From Escherichia coli (GTDB lineage: Bacteria > Pseudomonadota > Gammaproteobacteria > Enterobacterales > Enterobacteriaceae): a DNA stretch of 64,000 bases. Numbering within the stretch: position 1 is the stretch's first letter; every line of letters starts with the position of its first letter. The stretch is from NCBI RefSeq assembly GCF_003018255.1, contig NZ_CP027440.1; one strand, written 5' to 3'. Below, in pieces: positions 1 through 14,284 of this stretch. The position numbers and the translations under genes are program-made. The notes beneath the pieces were generated by a model. The model was not told the origin of the DNA and did not search any database. It saw nothing but the letters and a program-made list of their open reading frames with translations.

Positions 1-353
1 CAATATAAAGCAGAGTGAAGGATAAATTTTGTGAATAAAGTATCATTATTTAATGATTTTGTGAATGTTTAAATGTCTCAGATAATTTGTTTAAGCGTTA
101 TTTATATTTGTGGCTTATGAGTCAGCGTGAATCATATCTAATATTTTTTACGATTTTTAGTTAAAAACGGCACTATTGTTATATTCCTCACGTTCCAGGA
201 AATCAGCGGATTTACTCATATTATGCAGCGGGATACTATCCATCGGCCTGCTGAAGTTGGATTAAAAATTCGAAAGTGCACACCTTATATTTCTCTATAT
301 ACGTATTCCTTTTGGAAAGCGTAGGGTCTCTTTTATTTCAGGGAACGTAAATA

Positions 354-1748
354 ATGAAAAAATCGACATTATCTTTAGCCATCGGTTTATTATTGGCATG
401 TAGTACCGGAATGGCAAAAACACAGCATTTAACGCTGGAACAACGCATGGCATTGCTGGAAGAACGCCTGGAAGCGGCAGAAATGCGGGCAGCAAAAGCA
501 GAGAGCCAGGTTAAACAGCTGCAGACACAACAAGCCGCTGAGATCCGCGAAATTAAGGCTGCCCAGGGCAATACGCCGGTAAATGGACAGGCAACGGCGG
601 AATCTGCAAAGAAAAATTCCACCTCACCTAATCTTTTGCTCTCAGGTTATGGCGATTTAAAAATCTACGGCGACGTAGAATTTAATATGGATGCGGAAAG
701 TAATCATGGCCTTCTGGCAATGACCAACGCTGATGTGAATAGCGATCCCACTAATGAACAGTGGAATCTCAATGGTCGTATTCTGTTAGGTTTTGATGGT
801 ATGCGAAAACTGGATAATGGTTATTTCGCCGGGTTCTCCGCACAACCGCTGGGGGACATGCACGGTTCAGTAAATATCGATGATGCGGTATTCTTCTTTG
901 GCAAAGAAAACGACTGGAAGGTCAAAGTAGGTCGTTTTGAAGCCTACGATATGTTCCCGCTGAATCAGGATACCTTTGTTGAACATTCCGGTAATACTGC
1001 GAACGATCTTTATGACGATGGCAGCGGTTATATCTATATGATGAAAGAGGGCCGCGGGCGCTCTAACGCTGGCGGTAATTTCCTCGTCAGCAAACAACTT
1101 GATAACTGGTATTTTGAATTAAACACGTTACTTGAAGACGGAACATCTTTATATAATGACGGTAATTATCATGGACGCGATATGGAGCAGCAGAAAAATG
1201 TTGCTTATCTGCGTCCAGTAATTGCCTGGTCGCCGACGGAAGAATTCACCGTTTCCGCAGCGATGGAAGCGAACGTAGTAAATAATGCTTATGGTTATAC
1301 CGATAGCAAGGGTAATTTTGTCGATCAGTCCGATCGTACCGGCTATGGTATGAGCATGACCTGGAATGGCCTGAAAACGGATCCGGAAAATGGTGTCGTG
1401 GTTAATCTTAATACCGCCTATTTAGATGCTAATAATGAGAAAGATTTCACTGCCGGGATTAACGCGCTGTGGAAACGTTTCGAGCTCGGTTATATCTACG
1501 CGCACAATAAGATTGATGAATTCAGCGGTGTAGTTTGTGATAACGACTGCTGGATTGATGATGAAGGGACGTACACCATTCACACCATTCATGCGTCTTA
1601 TCAGTTCGCTAATGTGATGGATATGGAGAACTTTAATATTTACCTCGGGACGTATTACTCCATTCTGGATAGCGACGGTGATAAAAAACACGGTGATGAT
1701 ACTGATGACCGTTACGGGGCACGCGTTCGCTTTAAATACTTCTTCTGA
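354..1748 (+). CDS. putative outer-membrane beta-barrel porin with N-terminal coiled-coil extension (LamB/ScrY/OprB-like; function unassigned)
   Basis: 464-aa ORF with ATG at 354 after an AT-rich upstream region; signal peptide MKKSTLSLAIGLLLACSTGMA; Ala/Glu/Gln-rich heptad-like helix at residues ~25-70; aromatic C-terminus (RVRFKYFF) typical of OM beta-barrels. Not a gene I recognise from K-12 at this position. Confidence 0.6.
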   Translation: MKKSTLSLAIGLLLACSTGMAKTQHLTLEQRMALLEERLEAAEMRAAKAESQVKQLQTQQAAEIREIKAAQGNTPVNGQATAESAKKNSTSPNLLLSGYGDLKIYGDVEFNMDAESNHGLLAMTNADVNSDPTNEQWNLNGRILLGFDGMRKLDNGYFAGFSAQPLGDMHGSVNIDDAVFFFGKENDWKVKVGRFEAYDMFPLNQDTFVEHSGNTANDLYDDGSGYIYMMKEGRGRSNAGGNFLVSKQLDNWYFELNTLLEDGTSLYNDGNYHGRDMEQQKNVAYLRPVIAWSPTEEFTVSAAMEANVVNNAYGYTDSKGNFVDQSDRTGYGMSMTWNGLKTDPENGVVVNLNTAYLDANNEKDFTAGINALWKRFELGYIYAHNKIDEFSGVVCDNDCWIDDEGTYTIHTIHASYQFANVMDMENFNIYLGTYYSILDSDGDKKHGDDTDDRYGARVRFKYFF

Positions 1749-1755
1749 TGAAGTC

Positions 1756-1782
1756 GCGGTGCTGGATATTTTCCGGCACCGC
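1756..1782. terminator. inverted repeat (gcggtgc...gcaccgc) between the convergent porin-like gene and rhaM; probable bidirectional terminator
   Basis: 7-bp inverted repeat with T-rich loop in the 40-bp gap between two convergent stop codons. Confidence 0.45.
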
Positions 1783-1788
1783 AACTCA

Positions 1789-2103
1789 TTAAGGCAGGTA
1801 AAACACTTCTTGCAGCTCGCTACTGACTGGGCTGTTATCCGGGTTAGTTGGCATAACGTCGGTCATATATTTCCACCAACGTTGGCAAACATCAGTACTG
1901 GCTACCGCATTCCACCGTTCTTCAGATTCAATCTCTACCGTGGCAAACAGCAGATTACGCGCTTTGTCGAGGTAAATGGCGTAGTTATGCGCACCGTGAG
2001 ATTTCAACACTGCTTCCAGTTCCGGCCAGATTGGATTATGACGACGCTGATACTCTTCGTGGGCGTCGGGGTTAACCTGCATGACAAAGGCTTTGCGGAT
2101 CAT
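1789..2103 (-). CDS. rhaM: L-rhamnose mutarotase
   Basis: 104-aa translation [28 protein letters not shown] matches RhaM (YiiL); directly downstream of rhaD. Confidence 0.95.
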   Translation of the reverse strand: MIRKAFVMQVNPDAHEEYQRRHNPIWPELEAVLKSHGAHNYAIYLDKARNLLFATVEIESEERWNAVASTDVCQRWWKYMTDVMPTNPDNSPVSSELQEVFYLP

Positions 2104-2112
2104 GTTTGCTCC

Positions 2113-2937
2113 TTACAGCGCCAGCGCACTGGCGAGTGGTGTAACGCCGAAACGCTGGCCGAGCGCTATCAGCTCTTCACGACTGATGGTCTGTTTCATG
2201 CCGCCCATCGAATAAACCTTCACTAATACTTGTGCTGATTTTTCTGCGGTGTCGATTAAACCGAATGTTTCATCCAGTGTCGGACCGCTGCCGAAGACGC
2301 CGTGGAAGGGCCACAACACCAGCGAATGTTTTTGCATTTCCTGTGCGGTCGCCTGGCCGATTTCGTCGGTGCCGGGCACCATCCACGGCAAAATGCCGAC
2401 GCCATCCGGGAACACTACCAGACATTCGGTGCTGCCTTCCCACAGTTGGCGAGTGAAGACCGCGGTGTCGTTTTCCAGTACGTAGGTAAGGGCGATCAGG
2501 TTGGTGGCATGGCAGTGCATGATCACCCGATCTTTACCGTTGGTGGCTTTAATGCGCTCGCAGTGGGAGAGAAAGTGAGCCGGAAGTTCGGAAGTGGGGA
2601 CGGCTTTGTTGGTTAACCCCCAAAGAATGTGGTAGCCCGCGCCGTCGCTGTCGACTTTTACGATGCCTAAGTTAGCCGCAGGATCAAGCTGGACGTTACG
2701 GAAGAATTTGCCTGAGCCGGTGACAATAAACGGTGTATTTGCCAGTAAAGGCATGGGCTGGCTGAGCGGGATATAGCGCGGTTGTTGGTGAAAATTGTCG
2801 TGATATGGTGCGATATCGGCGTCATCCAGGCGCAGCGTCAGGTTGCCGCCGTTGCGCTCGTCCCAGCCTTTCAGCCAGGCGTCGGTGGTGGCTTTAATCA
2901 TTCCCTGGACAAACCAGGACTGAGTAATGTTTTGCAT
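2113..2937 (-). CDS. rhaD: rhamnulose-1-phosphate aldolase
   Basis: ORF-track ORF extends to 3030; trimmed to the ATG giving [21 protein letters not shown] (274 aa); synteny in rhaBAD. Confidence 0.95.
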   Translation of the reverse strand: MQNITQSWFVQGMIKATTDAWLKGWDERNGGNLTLRLDDADIAPYHDNFHQQPRYIPLSQPMPLLANTPFIVTGSGKFFRNVQLDPAANLGIVKVDSDGAGYHILWGLTNKAVPTSELPAHFLSHCERIKATNGKDRVIMHCHATNLIALTYVLENDTAVFTRQLWEGSTECLVVFPDGVGILPWMVPGTDEIGQATAQEMQKHSLVLWPFHGVFGSGPTLDETFGLIDTAEKSAQVLVKVYSMGGMKQTISREELIALGQRFGVTPLASALAL

Positions 2938-2989
2938 GTTCGGTGTTCCTGTTAATTGGACGTCCGTGCCTGTTGCCGGATATACGATC

Positions 2990-3117
2990 TGTAGGCCGGA
3001 TAAGGCACTCGTGCCGCATCCGGCAATCAATGCCTGATGCGACGCTGTCGCGTCTTATCAGGCCTACAACTATTGCCGACCCGTAGGCCGGATAAGGCAC
3101 TTGTGCCGCATCCGGCA
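2990..3117. repeat. REP/BIME cluster (three REP units in alternating orientation)
   Basis: Repeated gccggatgcggc...cttatccggcctaca palindromic units between rhaD and rhaA. Confidence 0.8.
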
Positions 3118-3121
3118 GTGT

Positions 3122-6134
<3,013 letters not shown>

Positions 6135-6971
6135 ATGACCGTATTACATAGTGTGGATTTTTTTCCGTCTGGTAACGCGTCCGTGGCGATAGAACCCCGG
6201 CTCCCGCAGGCGGATTTTCCTGAACATCATCATGATTTTCATGAAATTGTGATTGTCGAACATGGCACGGGTATTCATGTGTTTAATGGGCAGCCCTATA
6301 CCATCACCGGTGGCACGGTCTGTTTCGTACGCGATCATGATCGGCATCTGTATGAACATACCGATAATCTGTGTCTGACCAATGTGCTGTATCGCTCGCC
6401 GGATCGATTTCAGTTTCTCGCCGGGCTGAATCAGTTGCTGCCACAAGAGCAGGATGGGCAGTATCCGTCTCACTGGCGCGTTAACCACAGCGTGTTGCAG
6501 CAGGTGCGACAGCTGGTTGCACAGATGGAACAGCAGGAAGAGGAAAATGATTTACCCTCGACCGCCAGTCGCGAGATCTTATTTATGCAATTACTGCTCT
6601 TGCTGCGTAAAAGCAGTTTGCAGGAGAACCTGGAAAACAGCGCGTCACGTCTCAACTTGCTTCTGGCCTGGCTGGAGGACCATTTTGCCGATGAGGTGAA
6701 TTGGGATGCCGTGGCGGATCTATTTTCTCTTTCGCTGCGTACGCTACATCGGCAGCTTAAGCAGCAAACGGGACTGACGCCTCAGCGTTACCTGAACCGC
6801 CTGCGACTGATGAAAGCCCGACATCTGCTACGCCACAGCGAGGCCAGCGTTACTGACATCGCCTATCGCTGCGGATTCAGCGACAGTAACCACTTTTCGA
6901 CGCTTTTTCGCCGAGAGTTTAACTGGTCACCGCGTGATATTCGCCAGGGACGGGATGGCTTTCTGCAATAA
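6135..6971 (+). CDS. rhaS: AraC-family transcriptional activator RhaS
   Basis: 278-aa translation [38 protein letters not shown]. Confidence 0.95.
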   Translation: MTVLHSVDFFPSGNASVAIEPRLPQADFPEHHHDFHEIVIVEHGTGIHVFNGQPYTITGGTVCFVRDHDRHLYEHTDNLCLTNVLYRSPDRFQFLAGLNQLLPQEQDGQYPSHWRVNHSVLQQVRQLVAQMEQQEEENDLPSTASREILFMQLLLLLRKSSLQENLENSASRLNLLLAWLEDHFADEVNWDAVADLFSLSLRTLHRQLKQQTGLTPQRYLNRLRLMKARHLLRHSEASVTDIAYRCGFSDSNHFSTLFRREFNWSPRDIRQGRDGFLQ

Positions 6972-7044
6972 CGCGAATCTACTCAACGTATTTGTACGCC
7001 ATATTGCGAATAATCAACTTCGTTCTCTGGCCGAGGTAGCCACG

Positions 7045-7893
7045 GTGGCGCATCAGTTAAAACTTCTCAAAGATGATTTTTTTGCCAGCGACCAGCAGGC
7101 AGTCGCTGTGGCTGACCGTTATCCGCAAGATGTCTTTGCTGAACATACACATGATTTTTGTGAGCTGGTAATTGTCTGGCGCGGTAATGGTCTGCATGTA
7201 CTCAACGATCGCCCTTATCGCATTACCCGTGGCGATCTCTTTTACATTCATGCTGACGATAAACACTCCTACGCTTCCGTTAACGATCTGGTTTTGCAGA
7301 ATATTATTTATTGCCCGGAGCGGCTGAAGCTGAATCTTGACTGGCAGGGGGCGATTCCGGGATTTAGTGCCAGCGCAGGGCAACCACACTGGCGCTTAGG
7401 TAGCGTGGGGATGGCGCAGGCGCGGCAGATTATCGGTCAGCTTGAGCATGAAAGTAGTCAGCATGTGCCGTTTGCTAACGAAATGGCAGAGTTGCTGTTC
7501 GGGCAGTTGGTGATGTTGCTGAATCGCCATCGTTACACCAGTGATTCGTTGCCGCCAACATCCAGCGAAACGTTGCTGGATAAGCTGATTACCCGGCTGG
7601 CGGCCAGCCTGAAAAGTCCCTTTGCGCTGGATAAATTTTGTGATGAGGCATCGTGCAGTGAGCGCGTTTTGCGTCAGCAATTTCGCCAGCAGACTGGAAT
7701 GACCATCAATCAATATCTGCGGCAGGTCAGAGTGTGTCATGCGCAATATCTTCTCCAGCATAGCCGCCTGTTAATCAGTGATATTTCAACCGAATGTGGC
7801 TTTGAAGATAGTAACTATTTTTCGGTAGTGTTTACCCGGGAAACCGGGATGACGCCCAGCCAGTGGCGTCATCTCAATTCGCAGAAAGATTAA
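7045..7893 (+). CDS. rhaR: AraC-family transcriptional activator RhaR
   Basis: In-frame GTG at 7045 gives (M)[17 protein letters not shown] and 282 aa; the ORF-track ORF from 6934 would overlap the rhaS 3' end. Confidence 0.88.
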   Translation: MAHQLKLLKDDFFASDQQAVAVADRYPQDVFAEHTHDFCELVIVWRGNGLHVLNDRPYRITRGDLFYIHADDKHSYASVNDLVLQNIIYCPERLKLNLDWQGAIPGFSASAGQPHWRLGSVGMAQARQIIGQLEHESSQHVPFANEMAELLFGQLVMLLNRHRYTSDSLPPTSSETLLDKLITRLAASLKSPFALDKFCDEASCSERVLRQQFRQQTGMTINQYLRQVRVCHAQYLLQHSRLLISDISTECGFEDSNYFSVVFTRETGMTPSQWRHLNSQKD

Positions 7894-8924
7894 TTCGCCA
7901 TGCCCATGCCGACGATGTTGGCGGCGACAATAATCACCACACAACCGAGGCTCAACACCGTTACCGGACGGCGACCTGCATTGTTCCACTCTTTCAGCAC
8001 CAACCCGACGATACCGCCGCACAATACATAGAAGCTCATATGCAGCATCCAACTGATGTAGTCATACTGCGCCGGAATACGCGCGTGGCCCCAGGCATAG
8101 AAAAAGAATTGCAGATACCACATCAACCCGCCCAGTGCTGAGAGTAACACATTGTGAATGATCAGCGGTTTTGCCAGCGAGAAGTCGGCTTTTAGCGACA
8201 AATCCTTCACTTTTGCCAGACGAATGAAGCAGAAACCGAGGTTAATGATCGCGCCGCCGCCCATGATGACAACATAGCTTGGCAGAGCGACATACAGTGG
8301 ATCGACGCCCAGTGCAGCAGCGGCTTCATGCATCGGTTTTGCGGCGTTCATCGCAAAGGACATCCCGGCAGAGAAAATGCCGCACATCACCGCCAGCACC
8401 AGCCCTTTTTTCAGGTTGAACTCTTCGGCTTTAATGCCCATCTTGCGCTCTTTCAACTGCCCGGCGCGAGTTACAATCCCTACGCCAATCAGCGCCACCA
8501 GAACGCCGAGCAACGTCATGCGTCCGCCTTCGGTATTAATCAGCACATCGAAATTGCCGTTGATAATTGGCGTCATCAGCGTACCGACAATCAACGTAAT
8601 GCCAATGGCGATGCCAATTCCCATCGACATGCCGAGATAACGCATGGTCAGGCCGTAGTTGATATTACCGATCCCCCACATAGCGCCGAACAGAAAAACA
8701 GGCAGCAGCGTAGAGAGACTAAACGAGCTGTAATACGCCCAGAAATTCGGTAGTAACAGGGCGCTGATGGCCCACGGCAGGATAATCCACGAAACAATCC
8801 CACCGACTGACCACATGGTTTCCCATGACCATTTTTTTACTTTTTTGAACGGAGCGTAAAAACAGGCTGCACTGGCCGCGCCGATCAAATGCCAAAATAT
8901 CCCCATCGTAATCGCGTTACTCAT
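7890..8924 (-). CDS. rhaT: L-rhamnose:H+ symporter
   Basis: 344-aa polytopic membrane protein [26 protein letters not shown]; 4-bp overlap with rhaR stop on the opposite strand. Confidence 0.95.
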   Translation of the reverse strand: MSNAITMGIFWHLIGAASAACFYAPFKKVKKWSWETMWSVGGIVSWIILPWAISALLLPNFWAYYSSFSLSTLLPVFLFGAMWGIGNINYGLTMRYLGMSMGIGIAIGITLIVGTLMTPIINGNFDVLINTEGGRMTLLGVLVALIGVGIVTRAGQLKERKMGIKAEEFNLKKGLVLAVMCGIFSAGMSFAMNAAKPMHEAAAALGVDPLYVALPSYVVIMGGGAIINLGFCFIRLAKVKDLSLKADFSLAKPLIIHNVLLSALGGLMWYLQFFFYAWGHARIPAQYDYISWMLHMSFYVLCGGIVGLVLKEWNNAGRRPVTVLSLGCVVIIVAANIVGMGMAN

Positions 8925-9115
8925 CTTCTTATCCTCATCATTTTTCGTCGCGTCACATCTCCGACGAGATGAGTGTAAAAATCGTGCTGTCGATTAACCT
9001 TTCGCCTATTGCCGCCGCTGCCGATTTACTGGCAATCACGGCATTAAGTGGGTGATTTGCTTCACATCTTGGGCATTTTCCTGCAAAACCATACCCTTAC
9101 GAAAAGTACGGCATT

Positions 9116-9134
9116 GATAATCATTTTCAATATC
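9116..9134. promoter_or_regulatory. Fur-box-like element in the sodA promoter (gataatcattttcaatatc), followed by a tataat -10 at 9146-9151
   Basis: AT-rich hexamer-repeat motif resembling the Fur consensus upstream of sodA; Fur repression of sodA is established knowledge. Confidence 0.5.
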
Positions 9135-9208
9135 ATTTAATTAACTATAATGAACCAACTGCTTACGCGGCATTAACAATCGGCCGCCCGACAATACTGG
9201 AGATGAAT

Positions 9209-9829
9209 ATGAGCTATACCCTGCCATCCCTGCCGTATGCTTACGATGCCCTGGAACCGCACTTCGATAAGCAGACCATGGAAATCCACCACACCAAACA
9301 CCATCAGACCTATGTCAACAACGCCAACGCGGCGCTGGAAAGCCTGCCAGAATTTGCCAACCTGCCGGTTGAAGAGCTGATCACCAAACTGGACCAGCTG
9401 CCAGCAGACAAGAAAACCGTACTGCGCAACAACGCTGGCGGTCACGCTAACCACAGCCTGTTCTGGAAAGGTCTGAAAAAAGGCACCACCTTACAGGGTG
9501 ACCTGAAAGCGGCTATCGAACGTGACTTCGGCTCCGTTGATAACTTCAAAGCAGAATTTGAGAAAGCGGCAGCTTCCCGCTTTGGTTCCGGCTGGGCATG
9601 GCTGGTGCAAAAAGGCGATAAACTGGCGGTGGTTTCTACTGCTAACCAGGATTCCCCGCTGATGGGTGAAGCTATTTCTGGCGCTTCCGGCTTCCCGATT
9701 CTGGGCCTGGATGTGTGGGAACATGCTTACTACCTGAAATTCCAGAACCGCCGTCCGGACTACATCAAAGAGTTCTGGAACGTGGTGAACTGGGACGAAG
9801 CAGCGGCACGTTTCGCGGCGAAAAAATAA
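9209..9829 (+). CDS. sodA: manganese superoxide dismutase
   Basis: Translation [36 protein letters not shown], 206 aa from the ATG at 9209. Confidence 0.97.
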   Translation: MSYTLPSLPYAYDALEPHFDKQTMEIHHTKHHQTYVNNANAALESLPEFANLPVEELITKLDQLPADKKTVLRNNAGGHANHSLFWKGLKKGTTLQGDLKAAIERDFGSVDNFKAEFEKAAASRFGSGWAWLVQKGDKLAVVSTANQDSPLMGEAISGASGFPILGLDVWEHAYYLKFQNRRPDYIKEFWNVVNWDEAAARFAAKK

Positions 9830-9886
9830 TCATTTGCCGCCTGCTGCAATGAGGCGTTTACGCCGCATATCAGCTTAAAAAATGAA

Positions 9887-9912
9887 CCATCGCCAACGGC
9901 GGTGGTTTTTTT
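9887..9912 (+). terminator. intrinsic terminator downstream of sodA
   Basis: GC stem ccatcgcc/ggcggtgg followed by a T7 run. Confidence 0.6.
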
Positions 9913-10088
9913 GTGATCAATTTCAAAATAAAAACAATGATCCGATAAAAATAAAACGATGTTTCAATTGATGTGGTTTTGATCACTTTTATTGATTAAA
10001 TGAATGTCTATCTTCGTTTCCATCAACACTGATGCTCCATTGAGGAATTACGCATCAGCCCTTAAAAATATGCCGACAGGTGATGGAA

Positions 10089-11072
10089 ATGCAGATAAAA
10101 CGCTCGATTGAGAAAATCCCGGGGGGGATGATGCTCGTCCCGCTATTCCTTGGCGCACTGTGCCACACCTTCTCGCCGGAGGCGGGGAAATATTTTGGAT
10201 CATTCACCAACGGGATGATTACCGGTACGGTGCCCATTCTGGCGGTGTGGTTTTTTTGCATGGGGGCGTCAATAAAATTAAGCGCGACGGGAACGGTATT
10301 GCGTAAATCCGGTACGCTGGTGGTAACAAAAATTGCCGTCGCGTGGGTGGTTGCGGCAATTGCCTCGCGCATTATTCCGGAACATGGTGTTGAAGTTGGA
10401 TTCTTTGCCGGACTTTCAACGCTGGCGCTGGTGGCGGCGATGGATATGACCAACGGCGGACTTTACGCTTCCATCATGCAGCAGTACGGCACAAAAGAAG
10501 AAGCTGGGGCATTTGTGTTGATGTCATTGGAGTCCGGGCCGCTCATGACGATGATTATTCTGGGCACTGCCGGGATTGCCTCGTTTGAACCGCATGTTTT
10601 CGTCGGCGCAGTATTACCGTTCCTGGTGGGCTTTGCCCTTGGGAACCTTGACCCTGAATTACGAGAATTTTTCAGCAAAGCGGTGCAGACGCTGATTCCA
10701 TTCTTTGCCTTCGCACTGGGTAATACCATTGATTTGACTGTAATTGCCCAGACAGGTTTGCTGGGGATCCTGTTGGGTGTGGCAGTAATTATCGTGACCG
10801 GTATTCCGTTGATTATCGCTGATAAATTGATTGGCGGTGGCGATGGCACTGCCGGAATTGCCGCTTCCAGTTCCGCAGGGGCCGCGGTAGCGACACCTGT
10901 GCTGATTGCAGAAATGGTGCCTGCGTTTAAACCGATGGCTCCGGCAGCAACTTCGCTGGTCGCGACGGCGGTCATTGTGACTTCGATTCTGGTGCCAATT
11001 CTTACCTCTATCTGGTCACGTAAAGTCAAAGCCAGAGTGGCGAAAATCGAAATTTTAGGTACGGTGAAATAA
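10089..11072 (+). CDS. kdgT: 2-keto-3-deoxygluconate permease
   Basis: Translation [28 protein letters not shown], 327 aa from the ATG at 10089. Confidence 0.93.
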   Translation: MQIKRSIEKIPGGMMLVPLFLGALCHTFSPEAGKYFGSFTNGMITGTVPILAVWFFCMGASIKLSATGTVLRKSGTLVVTKIAVAWVVAAIASRIIPEHGVEVGFFAGLSTLALVAAMDMTNGGLYASIMQQYGTKEEAGAFVLMSLESGPLMTMIILGTAGIASFEPHVFVGAVLPFLVGFALGNLDPELREFFSKAVQTLIPFFAFALGNTIDLTVIAQTGLLGILLGVAVIIVTGIPLIIADKLIGGGDGTAGIAASSSAGAAVATPVLIAEMVPAFKPMAPAATSLVATAVIVTSILVPILTSIWSRKVKARVAKIEILGTVK

Positions 11073-11220
11073 ACCAACTTCCTTAATCCCCACAGCCGGA
11101 TGAACTAACGTTCGTCCGGTTTTCAATTGCGTTTCTGCCTGGATACTTACCGCGAAAACAGCACGCCTGACATAAAATAAATATGGTCTAATGGGGAAAT
11201 TTCTCGTGGAGAGGGAACAG

Positions 11221-11895
11221 ATGCGATATCCGGTTGATGTATACACAGGCAAGATTCAGGCTTATCCCGAAGGCAAACCCAGCGCAATTGCCAAAATCCA
11301 GGTTGATGGTGAGTTGATGCTGACGGACCTGGGGCTGGAAGGTGACGAACAGGCGGAGAAAAAGATCCACGGCGGGCCAGACAGAGCGCTGTGTCATTAT
11401 CCTCGTGAGCATTATCTCTACTGGGCGCGGGAATTTCCGGAACAGGCGGAGCTGTTTGTTGCGCCTGCGTTTGGCGAAAATCTCTCAACCGACGGTCTGA
11501 CGGAAAGTAATGTTTATATTGGTGATATTTTCCGCTGGGGAGAGGCATTAATTCAGGTCAGCCAGCCACGCTCACCTTGCTATAAACTCAATTACCATTT
11601 TGATATCAGCGATATAGCGCAGTTGATGCAAAACACGGGTAAAGTGGGGTGGTTGTATAGCGTAATTGCACCAGGGTTGGTATCTGCTGATGCGCCGCTG
11701 GAGTTGGTTTCCCGTGTCAGCGATGTGACCGTGCAGGAGGCTGCCGCCATCGCATGGCATATGCCGTTTGATGACGATCAGTATCACCGTTTACTCTCCG
11801 CCGCAGGGTTATCGAAAAGCTGGACGCGAACGATGCAAAAGCGCCGACTGAGCGGCAAGCTCGAAGATTTTTCCCGCCGTTTGTGGGGAAAATAA
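11221..11895 (+). CDS. yiiM: MOSC-domain protein YiiM
   Basis: Translation MRYPVDVYTGKIQAYPEGKPSAIAKI, 224 aa; RBS gagggaa upstream of the ATG at 11221. Confidence 0.9.
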   Translation: MRYPVDVYTGKIQAYPEGKPSAIAKIQVDGELMLTDLGLEGDEQAEKKIHGGPDRALCHYPREHYLYWAREFPEQAELFVAPAFGENLSTDGLTESNVYIGDIFRWGEALIQVSQPRSPCYKLNYHFDISDIAQLMQNTGKVGWLYSVIAPGLVSADAPLELVSRVSDVTVQEAAAIAWHMPFDDDQYHRLLSAAGLSKSWTRTMQKRRLSGKLEDFSRRLWGK

Positions 11896-11902
11896 CCCCG
11901 GA

Positions 11903-12042
11903 GTGTAGGCCTGATAAGACGCTATCAGCGTCGCATCAGGCATCCTGCTCAAATGCCGGATGCGGCGTAAACGCCTTATCCTGCCTACAAAACCCATAAA
12001 TTCAACAGGTTTTGTAGGCCTGATAAGCGTAGTGCATCAGGC
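11903..12042. repeat. REP/BIME cluster (three REP units)
   Basis: gtaggcctgataag...gcatcaggc and gccggatgcggcg...cttatcc palindromic units between yiiM and cpxA. Confidence 0.8.
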
Positions 12043-12066
12043 ATTTTTTTTACCTGAATGTTGACG

Positions 12067-13440
12067 TTATGACCGCTTATACAGCGGCAACCAAATCACC
12101 AGCCGTAAACCGCCCAGCGGGCTGTCTTCTGCCTTCACCCAGCCACGATGCTGCTGAATGGCGGTTTCTACAATCGCCAGCCCCAAACCTGTACCGCCAG
12201 ATTCACGATCGCGTGCTTCATCGGTCCGATAGAATGGACGGAAAATCTGTTCGCGATCTTCCGGGCTAACGCCAGGACCATCGTCGTCCACCGTAATGGT
12301 GATACCGTCTTTATCTACCGCAAAGCCCACTTCAATCTTCGTATGGGAATAACGCAGAGCATTACGAACAATGTTTTCCAGCGCACTTTCCAGGGCGTTC
12401 GGGTTGCCGTACAGCGGCCACGGCCCAGGTGGGAAGTTAACCGTCAACGACTTGCCCATTTGCTCGGCTTCGAACGCCGCGTTATCCAGCACTTCACTCC
12501 ACAACTGGTTGGCTTTGATGGTCTCGCTAACCAGCGCATTTTTCTGCTGATTACGTGACATCACCAACAGATCGTTGATCATGCTGTCCAGACGTTGCGC
12601 TTCGGTTTCAATACGCTCCAGTTCCTTGCTTTCACCGCTACGACGGCGCAGTAACGCCGTACCCAGTTGCAGACGCGTCAGCGGGGTGCGCAGTTCGTGA
12701 GAGATATCAGAAAGTAGACGCTGCTGAGAGGTCATCATGCGCTCCAGCGCGGTGACCATCTGGTTAAAACTGGCACCGGCGGCAAGGAATTCCTGTGGCC
12801 CCGCTTCCAGTTCCGGGTGCTGGCGTAAGTTTCCCTGGGCAACTTCATCGGCAGCGTTTTTCAGCTTACGCGCCGGTTTTGCCAGACTCCAGGCCAACCA
12901 CAACAGCAGCGGCGTACTGACCAGCATGGTGACAATCAGCAGTAATAGCGGGCGGTCAAACAGTAAGTTTATGAAATCGGATTGAGAACTGCTGGCCGGA
13001 CGAATCAGATAAAGTTGGTAATTATCTTCGCCATCACGCACGGAGAACGGACCGACCAGTTCCACGCGGCCATACTTTTTCTTCTGCGGATGATCGGCGT
13101 TATCGGCCTGACCAATAAAGTTACGAATGATCTGCATTTCGCTGCGTTCAGCGCCGATCACGCGGCCTTCGGTGGTCACCAATAACAAACGCTGTCCTGG
13201 CGGTGCCCACTTATCAATCGCCCGGAACAGACGCCGCCACCACATTAAATCGTTGGGCGGATCGTTCGCCAGCTCCGCTTCAACATGCTGCTCAATCATC
13301 AGACCCTGACGCTGTTCGCTATCCAGAAGCTCGGTCATCTGGCGTGAATCGAGCTTGGGTAACATCAAAACCAACATCAACACCAGCGCCAGCGTCAGCC
13401 AGAAGATGGCGAAGATGCGCGCGGTTAAGCTGCCTATCAT
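12067..13440 (-). CDS. cpxA: envelope-stress sensor histidine kinase CpxA
   Basis: 457-aa translation MIGSLTARIFAIFWLTLALVLML with HisKA motif SHELRTPLT; ATGA overlap with cpxR. Confidence 0.97.
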   Translation of the reverse strand: MIGSLTARIFAIFWLTLALVLMLVLMLPKLDSRQMTELLDSEQRQGLMIEQHVEAELANDPPNDLMWWRRLFRAIDKWAPPGQRLLLVTTEGRVIGAERSEMQIIRNFIGQADNADHPQKKKYGRVELVGPFSVRDGEDNYQLYLIRPASSSQSDFINLLFDRPLLLLIVTMLVSTPLLLWLAWSLAKPARKLKNAADEVAQGNLRQHPELEAGPQEFLAAGASFNQMVTALERMMTSQQRLLSDISHELRTPLTRLQLGTALLRRRSGESKELERIETEAQRLDSMINDLLVMSRNQQKNALVSETIKANQLWSEVLDNAAFEAEQMGKSLTVNFPPGPWPLYGNPNALESALENIVRNALRYSHTKIEVGFAVDKDGITITVDDDGPGVSPEDREQIFRPFYRTDEARDRESGGTGLGLAIVETAIQQHRGWVKAEDSPLGGLRLVIWLPLYKRS

Positions 13441-14135
13441 GAAGCAGAAACCATCAGATAGCCACGACCACGCAGGGTTTTAAACCACGGGTGACCATCC
13501 TTACGATCCGGCAGTTTACGACGCAGGTTGGAAATATGCATATCGATAGCGCGGTCGAAAGGCGTCAGGCGCTTGCCCAGCACTTCCTGGCTTAAATGCT
13601 CACGGGAAACCACCTGACCCAGATGCTGTGCCAGCAAATAGAGCAGGGTAAACTCAGTACCGGTTAACTCCAGTGTTTGCCCGTCGAAGGTGGCTTCCTG
13701 GCGACCAGGATTGAGACTTAAGGCATCAACTTCCAGTGTCGGTGAACCGTTGTCGTTGTTTTGCTGTTGTTCGCTCCAGTGCGAACGGCGCAGGATCGCG
13801 CGAATACGTGCCACCAGCTCACGATCATTAAACGGTTTCGGGAGATAGTCATCTGCGCCCAGCTCAAGGCCGAGAACGCGATCAAGTTCACTGCCGCGCG
13901 CCGTCAACATAATGACAGGCGTCTGGTGTGTCTGGCGAAGTGCTTTTAATGTGTCGATACCATTTTTCTTCGGCATCATTACATCAAGCAAAAGTAAATC
14001 AATGCTGTCGTCCAGAAGATCAAGCGCCTGTTCCCCATCGTGGGCAACAATCACGTTGAAGCCTTCCATCTCGAGCAGCTCCTTTAATAGGGAAGTCAGC
14101 TCTCGGTCATCATCAACTAACAGGATTTTATTCAT
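13437..14135 (-). CDS. cpxR: response regulator CpxR
   Basis: 232-aa translation MNKILLVDDDRELTSLLKELLEMEGF; OmpR-family. Confidence 0.97.
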   Translation of the reverse strand: MNKILLVDDDRELTSLLKELLEMEGFNVIVAHDGEQALDLLDDSIDLLLLDVMMPKKNGIDTLKALRQTHQTPVIMLTARGSELDRVLGLELGADDYLPKPFNDRELVARIRAILRRSHWSEQQQNNDNGSPTLEVDALSLNPGRQEATFDGQTLELTGTEFTLLYLLAQHLGQVVSREHLSQEVLGKRLTPFDRAIDMHISNLRRKLPDRKDGHPWFKTLRGRGYLMVSAS

Positions 14136-14190
14136 TGTTTAAATACCTCCGAGGCAGAAATTACGTCATCAGACGTCGCTAATCCATGAC

Positions 14191-14205
14191 TTTACGTTGT
14201 TTTAC
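14191..14205. promoter_or_regulatory. CpxR box (GTAAA-N5-GTAAA, read on the minus strand) in the cpxR/cpxP divergent promoter
   Basis: tttacgttgttttac seen in sequence; the CpxR consensus is established knowledge. Confidence 0.6.
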
Positions 14206-14284
14206 ACCCCCTGACGCATGTTTGCAGCCTGAATCGTAAACTCTCTATCGTTGAATCGCGACAGAAAGATTTTGGGAGCAAATG

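Noticed and set aside
2990-3117. REP/BIME clusters (also at 11903-12042, 17035-17134, 24141-24171 and 53573-53672) considered as possible IS remnants or mobile-element scars
   Set aside because: They have the canonical REP palindrome, occur between convergent or co-directional core genes, and are standard features of E. coli intergenic regions.
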